Assembly (NCBI GenBank): GCA_964480775.1
Contig: CAYZRF010000005.1
Coordinates: forward strand, 1-32,000
Reading direction: 5' to 3'
Length of the DNA: 32,000 bases
From: an uncultured Nitrososphaerota archaeon
Lineage (GTDB): Archaea; Korarchaeota; Korarchaeia; Korarchaeales; Korarchaeaceae
In this document: in pieces, positions 7,935-16,691 of the stretch
How the letters are laid out: each line of letters starts with the position of its first letter
Position numbering within the stretch: position 1 is the stretch's first letter
Program-made: the position numbers and the translations under genes
The notes under the pieces: generated by a model
What the model saw: only the letters and a program-made list of their open reading frames with translations
What the model was told of the DNA's origin: nothing
The model's database searches: none

Positions 7935-10900
7935 TTCTTCCCACCTCGGCTAACAATTCTTTGGCCTTTTTCCAGTCCCACCTAACAGAAACCATACCAG
8001 TTCCGACAGGAGGAATCTGACCAGTAATTATCGCATCTAAGGGGGAGTTTATCGGGTTATCCTCTCCCTTGCGGGCTGCAATTAAGGCCACATGCCTTGT
8101 CCATTCAAACGCCATCTGACTCAGAGGGCTCTTAGCCACAGAGAAGTATCCGGATGGTATATGCATGGCAGAAAGTCTTACAGCTTCGATGTTACCATTT
8201 CTTGTCATAGCATCCGCAATCAGTGAAATGTAACGTCTATCAACTTCAAGACCCTGTTCCTTTAGAACTTCCCACAACTCGTTCAAGAGGCTCTGTCTAG
8301 CGGCCTCTATACCAAAGACCTCAGCAATTTCAGAGCAATCGTTTGTTGTTGTCCTAGTTGGATCGACAAACTCCAACTTTAACACTTCTTTTAGGTTTGA
8401 TCCCTGCGTTGTGATAACAAATTCTTCGCCCTTCTCTGTTCTAACAAGCTCTGCAAGTGCCTGTTTTATACCCTTTATTCCTCCTATCCTTTCACTCACG
8501 ACCATCATTGCCCATTTTCTTAGGGCTTGATAGTTGTATTCCTCGCCAGGCTTCGCCAGCTCTCTCATGTTCACTACGATGAATTCTTCTCTCTGTTCTA
8601 CAGTTCCCTTTATCCTCTTAACCTTCTTCTCGATTAAAGAAATGAGCTTTTCTATGTCTAAGCCAGCCTTCTCTATTCTCTCTTTGTGAGGTCTTAAAAT
8701 AAGCTCGAAAGTCCTATTATCAATCCTATATTCTGTAATTAGGTCTTTTACAGTGGTTTCTTTGATCTTTCTAATAGCCTCCTTTACCTTTTCCTCATCC
8801 TTGCTCCATTCTGGCTTCAAGTAAATCTTCATAATGGGCGTGCTAGTCCTAGCATAGAAAACTATCTCCTTAAACCTCTCTACCCCCCTGGTAACATCCA
8901 TGGCTAGGACTCCAGGCGCATGGAACGTCCTTAACACCATCTGCGTTGTAGGCTCAGCTATGCTTTGAGCACAAATTATTCCTATTGGTGTAAGCGGCTC
9001 TATTTTTGCCCTTTCTATGCCTTTCTTGACCTCTTCTACGACTTTTTCAGCCTCTGCAAGGGTTGCTTTAGCTTTGTAAAGCTTTTCTGCTAGTTCTATA
9101 GGTAGACCCTCCTTTTCAACCAGCTTTTTAAGCTTCTTTAGAGAAGCCCCTCTCTTGGGCTCCACGAACTTCGAAATTATTGAATCGTAATCAACTAAGT
9201 GTCCTCTAAACATCTTTAGAGGATCTAATCCATCTCCACCAAACAAGAACTGGAAAATCCTTCCCTCAGAGTCCCTAACCGTACCATCATATTCTACATA
9301 CAGATCCTTCAAGGCGTTCGCAATTCTCCTGTAGAAATACCCGCTGTCTTGCGTTCTCCTTCCTTTATCTATTAAGCTGTCTCTGCTTGCCATTGAGTGG
9401 AAGATGAATTCGGTGGGTCTAAGTCCAACATAGTATCCGTGCCTCACGAAGCCTCTTGCCTCTAAAGTGAGGTCTCCGGGCTTAAAGTAAGATAGGACCC
9501 TATCTTTGAATCCCTTTCTCGGTCTCCCGCTTGTTAAGACAAAACCAATTTTGCTCTTGACAGATTGTTGCCATACAGAACCTACAACTTGAGCTAAGTT
9601 CGAAAGAGAACCCCTGGCACCAGTCTTGGCCATTATTATTGGATCACTATCTGGATCCGCATACTTCTTAACGAGATCGTGAACCTCGGATCTTAGCTTA
9701 TCAAGCGTTTTTGTGATTTTAAAATCAAGAAGTCTTTCCTCCATCAACGCTCTTATGATCTCTTCCTTAGTTCTAGGCATCCTTACCCTCGCTCTTCGTG
9801 TCTCAAATTCCTTAACCCTCTCTAGGGTATCTTTATATGCTGTCTCAAAGACCTCTCTTAGCTTCTTATGGAATTCCTCTGGCATTCTAAGCTCGTTGAG
9901 CGACATCGTTATTCCTTGAAGTTCTGCTATTTTAGCAAGCATTCTTATGGTTCTGTTAAGGAAATTAACAGCTTTTTCTTCCCCATAATCTCTAATTATG
10001 ACGTCAATAAGAGTCAGCTTTGCTTTTACAAGAGTACCAATTATGTCATCATCAATAACTCCTCTCAGCAACTCTCCATCCTTAATAATAACGTACGCAT
10101 CGTAGGGACAGGCCTCTCTGAGGCATGTGGCACATCCTTCACAAACAGCAGCTCTCCCTTCAAACATTAATCCTTTAGGCAGAAGGGCAGAAAATATCTG
10201 TTTACCAGTCCACAGCTCAACTGGTTTCTTTATGGCTGGTTCTGGCAATTCTGTAATTCCAGCTTTTGCTAAAATATCACAAGTCTCCTCTCGAGTATAA
10301 ACAGACCCCTTCTTAGTTAGAATATAAGCAGCAGATATCAGATCTTGCTTCGCTCCTATTATTGAACCTCCAGTTCTCGGAGATAGCAAATTCTTCTTGA
10401 CGCTCATTAGCTCCTCTGCTTCTATCCTTGCTTCCATCAACTGTAAAGCATGAAGATTCATTTCATCTCCATCGAAATCAGCATTATACGGAACACAGGT
10501 CCCCGGATTGACCCTAAAGGTTGAACCTGGAAGCACCTTTACCTTATGGCTCATCATTGAAAGCTTGTGAAGAGAGGGCTGCCTGTTGAATAGAACATAA
10601 TCACCATCAAGAAGATGCCTTTCAACGACATCTCCAGGTTCTAAGGCTTCCGCTTCCCTCTCCAGAACATCTCTTTTGAGAACCTTTAGACTAATAGGCC
10701 TTGTTTCTCCTTTCTTTCTAATATAGTTAGCTCCAGGATACTCGTTTGGCCCTCTTATGACGAGATCCTTTAGTTGTTCTATGTTCCATTCATTCACGTA
10801 TTCTGGAATTGTGAGAACTTTAGCTATTTCAACGGGAACACCAACCTCATCCACTCCTATCATGGGATCGGGGGATATCACAGTCCTACTCGAGAAGTCA

Positions 10901-11910
10901 ACCCTCTTTCCAATCAAATTCTTCCTCAATCGCCCCTCTTTTCCGCTTAATCTTTGGAATAAAGCCTTTAAAGGTCTGTTGCTTCCTCTTTGGGTTGCCA
11001 CTGGTAATCCTGTGGCAGCATTGTGGAAGAAAACAGCCACAGAATATTGGAGAAGTTCCCACTCGCCTTCAATAACGCTATCAGGAGCTCCAGAAGCAAT
11101 GGATTCACTTAATTTCTGATTTGCTTTTATGATATCCACGAGAAGATGAGTTAGATCGTCCTCAGATCTTTCTCCTGTCTCAAGGAAGATAGAAGGCCTG
11201 ACGGTTGGTGGTGGCACTAATATAACCGTAATAACAACCCATTCGGGCCTAGCTCTTTCAGGATTGAAGCCCAATATCATTGCGTCTTCATCAGGTATTC
11301 TTTCAAGCCTATCTCTGATTTCATTAGGCCAGAGCCGTCTCGGTTCTGGTTCTTTAACTATAAACTTGTAGAACTCCTTCAAATCGACCAATTCAACTCT
11401 TGCACCGCAGTGAGGACATTTATCAGACTTGTTAAGGTATTTATTCACTCTTTTCTGAGCTTCTTTGAATATATCATCGTCAATTTTTTTGTTGGGATGT
11501 TCTTCCCAGAATTTTCTTGCCTTCCTAATCAGTTCTTTCCTCTCACTGTCTGGAAGCAAAACTTTGCCACATTGAGGGCAAGTCATGTTAAGGATGTACT
11601 TCAATAGCCTGGAGTACCCTATGTTAATGACTGGTTTTGCAAGCTCTATCCTTCCAAAGTGGCCCGGACAGTGCTGTGGATAATTACCACAAGTTGGGCA
11701 CCTCTGTCTTGGATTTATGGTCCCCAACCTAGGATCAAGAACTCCGCCCTGTACGGGCATACCAGCTTCATCATAAGCAGCAGGTTCTCTGATCTCTATC
11801 ATACCTATCTTTCTAATATCTTGGGGGGACATCAAGCCAAACTGAAGCCCCCTCAAAACATAGCTGATAGCTTCTTCCCTTCTCGGTGAAGGGGTTATTA
11901 AGGAAGACAT
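7927..11910 (-). CDS. rpoA: DNA-directed RNA polymerase subunit A, unsplit (A' and A'' parts in one ORF)
   Basis: One continuous ORF carries three diagnostic elements. These are the N-terminal Zn motif (CPTCGNYPQHCPGHFG), the catalytic NADFDGDEMN, and the trigger-loop region normally encoded by rpoA'' (AQSIAEPTTQMVLRTFHAPGV). The track start is GTG at 11916. I prefer ATG at 11910, which lies 5 nt after GGAGGTG (11922-11916). Confidence 0.95.
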   Translation of the reverse strand: MSSLITPSPRREEAISYVLRGLQFGLMSPQDIRKIGMIEIREPAAYDEAGMPVQGGVLDPRLGTINPRQRCPTCGNYPQHCPGHFGRIELAKPVINIGYSRLLKYILNMTCPQCGKVLLPDSERKELIRKARKFWEEHPNKKIDDDIFKEAQKRVNKYLNKSDKCPHCGARVELVDLKEFYKFIVKEPEPRRLWPNEIRDRLERIPDEDAMILGFNPERARPEWVVITVILVPPPTVRPSIFLETGERSEDDLTHLLVDIIKANQKLSESIASGAPDSVIEGEWELLQYSVAVFFHNAATGLPVATQRGSNRPLKALFQRLSGKEGRLRKNLIGKRVDFSSRTVISPDPMIGVDEVGVPVEIAKVLTIPEYVNEWNIEQLKDLVIRGPNEYPGANYIRKKGETRPISLKVLKRDVLEREAEALEPGDVVERHLLDGDYVLFNRQPSLHKLSMMSHKVKVLPGSTFRVNPGTCVPYNADFDGDEMNLHALQLMEARIEAEELMSVKKNLLSPRTGGSIIGAKQDLISAAYILTKKGSVYTREETCDILAKAGITELPEPAIKKPVELWTGKQIFSALLPKGLMFEGRAAVCEGCATCLREACPYDAYVIIKDGELLRGVIDDDIIGTLVKAKLTLIDVIIRDYGEEKAVNFLNRTIRMLAKIAELQGITMSLNELRMPEEFHKKLREVFETAYKDTLERVKEFETRRARVRMPRTKEEIIRALMEERLLDFKITKTLDKLRSEVHDLVKKYADPDSDPIIMAKTGARGSLSNLAQVVGSVWQQSVKSKIGFVLTSGRPRKGFKDRVLSYFKPGDLTLEARGFVRHGYYVGLRPTEFIFHSMASRDSLIDKGRRTQDSGYFYRRIANALKDLYVEYDGTVRDSEGRIFQFLFGGDGLDPLKMFRGHLVDYDSIISKFVEPKRGASLKKLKKLVEKEGLPIELAEKLYKAKATLAEAEKVVEEVKKGIERAKIEPLTPIGIICAQSIAEPTTQMVLRTFHAPGVLAMDVTRGVERFKEIVFYARTSTPIMKIYLKPEWSKDEEKVKEAIRKIKETTVKDLITEYRIDNRTFELILRPHKERIEKAGLDIEKLISLIEKKVKRIKGTVEQREEFIVVNMRELAKPGEEYNYQALRKWAMMVVSERIGGIKGIKQALAELVRTEKGEEFVITTQGSNLKEVLKLEFVDPTRTTTNDCSEIAEVFGIEAARQSLLNELWEVLKEQGLEVDRRYISLIADAMTRNGNIEAVRLSAMHIPSGYFSVAKSPLSQMAFEWTRHVALIAARKGEDNPINSPLDAIITGQIPPVGTGMVSVRWDWKKAKELLAEVGRSA

Positions 11911-11922
11911 AAGCACACCTCC

Positions 11923-14900
11923 TCAAAGATCCTCCTCTACACGTAATCTCACATCTATGAGTCCAGTCATCAGTTCCTGTGTAAACAGTACAGTTGCATA
12001 TCCCGTGATCCAAGGCATTACCTCAACTGCCTCTCTGCATCTTGGACAGAAGAAAGAGTTTGTAAGCGAATTGAAGAAAGCTAAAGATCCACATTTCTTA
12101 CAGACATAAACCAAGGTCTTATCTGAACTCTCAATATATCTATCTCTCAGGCTTGCCGCGGCACCGTGCGCAAGCAATACCTCCCCCTCCATCTCTCCAA
12201 GCCTTAAACCTCCACCTCTTGCCCTTCCTTCCACTGGCTGTCTGGTTAATACCTGAACCTGTCCTCTCGCTCTAGCGTGAATCTTATCTTTAACCATGTG
12301 CTTAAGCCTCTGATAGAAGCTTATTCCAATGAATATCTTCGCTTGAATCATCTTTCCCGTTCTTCCATCGTACATAATCTCCTTTCCAGACGGTTCAAAT
12401 CCTAACCTTTTGAGGGCCTCTTCTAGGTCCTTGACTTCTTCAGATATGAACGGAGTTCCATCTATGAATCTACCCTCTAAAGCACCTACTTTGCCTGCAA
12501 GTATTTCTATCAGCTGACCTATCGTCATTCTGGACGGGATTGCGTGAGGATCTAGAATTATGTCAGGAGTTATCCCTTCTTCGGTGAACGGCATATTCTC
12601 TTGATTATATATCATCCCAACAACTCCTTTCTGGCCGTGCCTTGTGGCAAACTTATCTCCTATTTCAGGAGGCCTTGTGTCTCTTACCGTCACTCTAACC
12701 ATCTTTTCCCCTTCTATCGTCGTTGCAAGAACAACATCTGATATGACTCCTTCCTCCCAAGCCCTCATGCTTACCGAAGTATCCCTTCTCTCAAATGCGT
12801 ACGGCATTCCTCCTCCGCCAATAAGTTCAGGAGAGAATCTAGGAGGACTCGTTCTTCCAATTAACACATCTCCACCAATAACTTCTGTTTCTGGTCCCAC
12901 AATACCGTCATCGCCTAGTTTTTTGTAGTTGTCCTCCTCTCTCTTTCCCATTACCCCATCAAGTGGATACGGGTTCTCAAATCTATCTCCTTCGACGATT
13001 GCTTGTCTTTTAGCCACTGCCTCATATGTCCTGAAGAATATTCCCCTAGCAATACCTCGATCTATCGAGCCTTTGTTCATGACTAGGGCATCGTCCATAT
13101 TGTAACCATCCATTGGGAGCAATGCTACGACAAGGTTCTGCCCAGAAGGTCTTAGGTAATATCCCGTGATCTCGTCTATCCTTGTTCTGACTATTGGTCT
13201 CTGCGGGTAATAGAGTAAGAAGGCCCTGCTATCCATTCTAAGTCTCCAATTAGTTGAATAAGGTCCTAAACCCTGTCTTATCATATTACTACCTATGATG
13301 TCCCTTGGGATTGCATTATGCTCAGCATAGGGGATCTCTCCAGCAGCAACGCCAAACATCATGTAAGGCGCGAAGTCCAAGTGAGTGTGTTCTGGAGTGA
13401 TCTCACTAATACTCTGTGCAATTAAAGCAGATTCTTCTTCATCTGCATCAAGTAACTCGACGATCCCCATTCTAACTAGATCTGAGAACTTTACCTCGCC
13501 AGAATCAACCTTACCCAACATAGATATTGCTTCTTTGATCTTATTAACTGGAATAAGTGGCCTCCTGGCCCTGCCTTCATCAGCATTTATTATCACAATA
13601 TTTTCTTCTTCACGGTAGGCTATGTTTACTTCTGGATCGAGTTCGGATCTTCTTTCCTTGAGTCTACTTATTATCTCCTCAGGAGAGTTAGTAAGCCCAA
13701 CTATGCTCCCATTTACGAATATGGGAGTTAAGGAGCCTACTTCTTCAGGAGTTGCTTCCTCAATAGGCTTTACCCCAATTTCATATAACATATCAATGAT
13801 AGGCTTTGGATCTATACCAAAGGTGACATCAGCAAAAGTAGCTAGTGTTCTAACAAGACCTACATTAGTTCCTTCAGGAGTTTCAAGCGGACAAAGCCTT
13901 CCAATGGATGTACCATGAATCTGCCTTGCCTCGTGAAGCGGTAGTCCTGAAGGGAGCGGAGAGTTAACTCTCCTCAAATGCTGAAGGGTAGCTATGTAGT
14001 TAGTTCTGTCCAAGTTTTGGCTTATGCCTAGCTCGCCTCTTGGCCATATACCAGTTGAGAGGCAGCTGATTAGCTTGCTCGTAATCTGACCTTCTCCAGA
14101 TACCAGCCTCCTAGGGCTTATTTCATATACGCCGCTGCTTATCAGGGCTTCAGCCTTCCTCCTAGTCCTCAATACAAGTTGATAAAAAGCATATCTGAAG
14201 GCTTCTTGCATAAGGTCTCCAGCTAGCCTTATCCTCTTGTTGGCGAAATGATCCCGATCATCGGGTGGTTGCCTACCGCTAACAACTCTAAGCAGTTTTT
14301 CTATCATTTTAGTCAGATAGTAGGCTTTCTTTATGTTATCAGCCTCGGTAGTTCCAATGTGTATTAGGAACCTGTTTTGAAGGAAATCCTTTGCGATAGC
14401 TATCCTATCTCTCTTCGGAGCCCCTCTCGCGAGCCTCCTTCCTATGTAATCTAGAGCCATCTCCCTTATGGTCTCTCCTTCACCCTTCCTTCCCAGCATT
14501 AGTTTTCTAACAGCATCTCCTAGACTGTATATGAACATATTCGCTATCTCCTCATCACTTGATATGGCTTTTAGGATATCACCATCTCTTTCAAGCCCTA
14601 GAGCTTTTAGGAGAATTGCTACAGGGATCTTAGTTAAGGTCCAGAAAGAGGCCTTTACAGTTCCATCTCTGGGATAGTACTCCAAGAAAAGCCTGCTTCT
14701 CAAACCTGCCTTACTTGAGATAACTTGAGCTACGTGTGAATATGCCTTGCTTTTTGCTGGCTTCTCTTCCACGATTATCTTGTTCGGAGCTATGTCGTCT
14801 CTCATCACGAGTACTCTTTCTGATCCATTTACTATGAAGTATCCTCCTGGATCTAGAGGATCCTCACCAATTTCTGCCAGTTCTTCTGAGGAGAGTCCAT

Positions 14901-15306
14901 TAAGAACGCATTTCTTCGACTTAACCATTAGAGGAAGATAGCCTATCTTAACGCTTTCCCTGTGGAGTTCCATGCCAGCGCCATATACTTTTATTTCCAA
15001 GTAGAGTGGTGCTTGATACGTAAGTTTTCTTATTCGAGCTTCCATCGGAGTGACAGAGGTTCTTGAACCATCAAATTCCGTTATTTCTGGTTCTCCTACC
15101 TCAATCTTTCCGAGAATGAGTTTGTATCCCTCAATGAGTTCAATTTCTCCTAAAGAGTCGACTACTTCTTGCAGCCCTCTCTCTAAGAACTTGTTGAAGG
15201 ATTCTATTTGTGGATCAACTAGGGAATGTTCCCTAAAGTAAGCCTTTACAATTGGATAGAAATCAATATCATCCGAATTCTCATAATCCCCACTATTTGG
15301 AGCCAG
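11923..15306 (-). CDS. rpoB: DNA-directed RNA polymerase subunit B (unsplit); N-terminus extended beyond the track ORF to a non-canonical CTG
   Basis: The track ORF (11923-15045) has the RpoB motifs GQKGVVGMIY and a C-terminal Zn ribbon CKKCG...CPRCR. The 88 in-frame codons upstream encode the conserved RpoB N-terminus (FYPIVKAYFREHSLVDPQIESFNKFLERGLQEVV...VTPMEARIRKLTY). That stretch has no in-frame ATG, GTG or TTG. CTG at 15306 lies 8 nt after GGAGG. The 5' end is therefore uncertain. Confidence 0.85.
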   Translation of the reverse strand: MAPNSGDYENSDDIDFYPIVKAYFREHSLVDPQIESFNKFLERGLQEVVDSLGEIELIEGYKLILGKIEVGEPEITEFDGSRTSVTPMEARIRKLTYQAPLYLEIKVYGAGMELHRESVKIGYLPLMVKSKKCVLNGLSSEELAEIGEDPLDPGGYFIVNGSERVLVMRDDIAPNKIIVEEKPAKSKAYSHVAQVISSKAGLRSRLFLEYYPRDGTVKASFWTLTKIPVAILLKALGLERDGDILKAISSDEEIANMFIYSLGDAVRKLMLGRKGEGETIREMALDYIGRRLARGAPKRDRIAIAKDFLQNRFLIHIGTTEADNIKKAYYLTKMIEKLLRVVSGRQPPDDRDHFANKRIRLAGDLMQEAFRYAFYQLVLRTRRKAEALISSGVYEISPRRLVSGEGQITSKLISCLSTGIWPRGELGISQNLDRTNYIATLQHLRRVNSPLPSGLPLHEARQIHGTSIGRLCPLETPEGTNVGLVRTLATFADVTFGIDPKPIIDMLYEIGVKPIEEATPEEVGSLTPIFVNGSIVGLTNSPEEIISRLKERRSELDPEVNIAYREEENIVIINADEGRARRPLIPVNKIKEAISMLGKVDSGEVKFSDLVRMGIVELLDADEEESALIAQSISEITPEHTHLDFAPYMMFGVAAGEIPYAEHNAIPRDIIGSNMIRQGLGPYSTNWRLRMDSRAFLLYYPQRPIVRTRIDEITGYYLRPSGQNLVVALLPMDGYNMDDALVMNKGSIDRGIARGIFFRTYEAVAKRQAIVEGDRFENPYPLDGVMGKREEDNYKKLGDDGIVGPETEVIGGDVLIGRTSPPRFSPELIGGGGMPYAFERRDTSVSMRAWEEGVISDVVLATTIEGEKMVRVTVRDTRPPEIGDKFATRHGQKGVVGMIYNQENMPFTEEGITPDIILDPHAIPSRMTIGQLIEILAGKVGALEGRFIDGTPFISEEVKDLEEALKRLGFEPSGKEIMYDGRTGKMIQAKIFIGISFYQRLKHMVKDKIHARARGQVQVLTRQPVEGRARGGGLRLGEMEGEVLLAHGAAASLRDRYIESSDKTLVYVCKKCGSLAFFNSLTNSFFCPRCREAVEVMPWITGYATVLFTQELMTGLIDVRLRVEEDL

Positions 15307-15309
15307 TTT

Positions 15310-15621
15310 TTAACCCTCCACTTCAACATCAGGAATTTCTTCCTTTATCTCCTCTTTAGCCGCCCGGGGAATTACCATAGGCGCTCCTTCTACTACACGA
15401 TAGAACGGAACAATCGAGTCTGGCCTTTCAATTCTAATTAGGTCTCCTGGCTTCGCTCCAATCTCTTGGACTATTGGATCCTTAGCAGAAATCTTAGGAA
15501 AGTACTTAAGAGGCCCGTACTTCCTTATCACTTCTTCTTTCTCCTTTTCCGATACAATAACATGTTTAGGCACAAGTTTATGCTTCATTAAATCAAAACG
15601 CCTCTCTTCTTTCTTACTCAT
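15310..15621 (-). CDS. rpoH: DNA-directed RNA polymerase subunit H (Rpb5 C-terminal homolog)
   Basis: 103-aa ORF containing HKLVPKHVIVSEKEKEEVIRKY...KDPIVQEIGAKPGDLIRIERPS-like sequence typical of RpoH. It is the first gene of the rpoH-B-A operon. Confidence 0.9.
   Translation of the reverse strand: MSKKEERRFDLMKHKLVPKHVIVSEKEKEEVIRKYGPLKYFPKISAKDPIVQEIGAKPGDLIRIERPDSIVPFYRVVEGAPMVIPRAAKEEIKEEIPDVEVEG
15315..15319 (-). promoter_or_regulatory. Shine-Dalgarno-like GGAGG inside the rpoH 3' end, 8 nt upstream of in-frame CTG of rpoB
   Basis: The minus strand reads GTG GAG GGT TAA AAA CTG. The geometry matches GGAGGTG-5 nt-ATG before rpoA (11922-11908). Confidence 0.5.
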
Positions 15622-15737
15622 CTAATTACCCACCCCAGAAATTGGGAATCCAATGAAATACAGGCCTCCTCATCATTAAGTCGAAAGCCATCACACCCCC
15701 GAGGGCGCGAAGTTACTTGGGAGTATGCTGAAATGGG

Positions 15738-15745
15738 TTTAAAAG
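15738..15745 (+). promoter_or_regulatory. TATA box candidate for porG (leaderless geometry)
   Basis: TTTAAAAG is centred ~30 nt upstream of the ATG at 15772. Confidence 0.45.
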
Positions 15746-15771
15746 TTTTAACATCGAACAAAGGACAATTG

Positions 15772-16350
15772 ATGGGTATGGTAAAGATTACAGAAATTCG
15801 TTGGCATGGGAGAGGGGGACAGGGAGCGGTCCTAGCCTCAAGAATACTGGCAAAAGCATGTTTTTTAGAGGGGAAATGGACTCAAGCATTCCCTTTTTTT
15901 GGAGCTGAAAGAAGAGGAGCCCCAGTTATGGCATTTTCGAGGATTTCAGATAAACCCATAAAGTTACGTAGCCAGATATACTCTCCAGATGTTCTTGTAT
16001 TTTTAGATCCTTTGTTTTTGTCTTTACCAAAGGCAATGGAGGGTTTTAAGAAGGGTGGAACGCTTGTAATAAATACCGAAAAAGATCCTGAAGAAATCAA
16101 AATCAAGAACGCATCTACAGTAGCCACGGTTCCAGCAACATCCATAGCTGTTGATTTGGGCCTTGCTGTAGCTGGACTTCCAATACCGAATACCGTGATG
16201 GTGGGAGCCGTTATCAAGACCACAGGTCTTGCAAGCCTAAATAGCGTTAAACAAGCTATCAGAGAGTTAATAAAAGGCCATCTCCTTCAAGTCAACGAAA
16301 AAGCCGTTGAAATAGGGTATAACAGGACTAAAATCCATACTTACTCATAA
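15772..16350 (+). CDS. porG: 2-oxoacid (pyruvate/ketoisovalerate):ferredoxin oxidoreductase gamma subunit-like protein
   Basis: The motif RWHGRGGQGAVLASRILAKA...FPFFGAERRGAPV is characteristic of POR/VOR gamma subunits. The track start at 15733 would place the TATA-like TTTAAAAG (15738-15745) inside the gene. I therefore start at the in-frame ATG at 15772 (MGMVKITEIRWHG), about 27 nt after the TATA box. Confidence 0.78.
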   Translation: MGMVKITEIRWHGRGGQGAVLASRILAKACFLEGKWTQAFPFFGAERRGAPVMAFSRISDKPIKLRSQIYSPDVLVFLDPLFLSLPKAMEGFKKGGTLVINTEKDPEEIKIKNASTVATVPATSIAVDLGLAVAGLPIPNTVMVGAVIKTTGLASLNSVKQAIRELIKGHLLQVNEKAVEIGYNRTKIHTYS

Positions 16351-16568
16351 TAAGCATCATAAAATCTAGTGTAAACATCAACGTCCTCTTCTTCAGGATC
16401 TATTTCAAGTACTTCGTGGAGACCACACTCAAGGCAACGTACGTCTGCCTTGTTCTCCTTTTTGTTAAGATCAATGATGATTGAGTTATGGTGACAGGCA
16501 GGGCAACGAAACATCTCTGGCTTTATTGTGCGCCTAACTACCCTTCTCATCCTCCTTCTTCTTCCCAT
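16341..16568 (-). CDS. Elf1-like zinc-ribbon transcription elongation factor homolog
   Basis: MGRRRRMRRVVRRTIKPEMFRCPACHH...VRCLECG...EEDVDVYTRFYDAYYE matches the Elf1 layout: a basic N-terminus, a C4 zinc ribbon and an acidic DVY-containing tail. I chose the internal ATG at 16568 rather than the track start at 16607. The gene overlaps the porG 3' end convergently by 10 nt. Confidence 0.75.
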   Translation of the reverse strand: MGRRRRMRRVVRRTIKPEMFRCPACHHNSIIIDLNKKENKADVRCLECGLHEVLEIDPEEEDVDVYTRFYDAYYE

Positions 16569-16691
16569 CTGCACCCCAAGATTTGATGGGCTCTTCAGTA
16601 TTAACACTTTCTATGCTAAGTTGGAGAAGTTCATAACGGGGTATACCTTAATACCCTATCAAGCCTTGAACTTAAGGGGCCATGGGCTAAG

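Noticed and set aside
820-14941. Many 60-130-aa ORFs antisense to or overlapping strong genes. Examples are 820-1182, 2513-2830, 3761-4153, 4022-4213, 4463-4681, 6246-6581, 6936-7148, 9713-10170, 10757-11119, 11410-11889, 12644-12928, 13385-13918 and 14468-14941.
   Set aside because: Each lies wholly inside a well-supported conserved CDS on the opposite strand or in another frame. They have low-complexity S/L/P-rich translations and no start context, so they are shadow ORFs.
11923-15045. Taking ATG 15045 as the real rpoB start, giving a 1040-aa protein.
   Set aside because: That Met is internal to a conserved motif. The 88 upstream in-frame codons encode the conserved RpoB N-terminal domain, so the ATG-defined ORF is a truncation.
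15670-15676. ATGATGA (C-box-like) on the minus strand upstream of rpoH, as a possible C/D box sRNA.
   Set aside because: No CTGA D box and no terminal complementary stem lie within a plausible 50-70 nt, so it is probably chance within the promoter/leader region.
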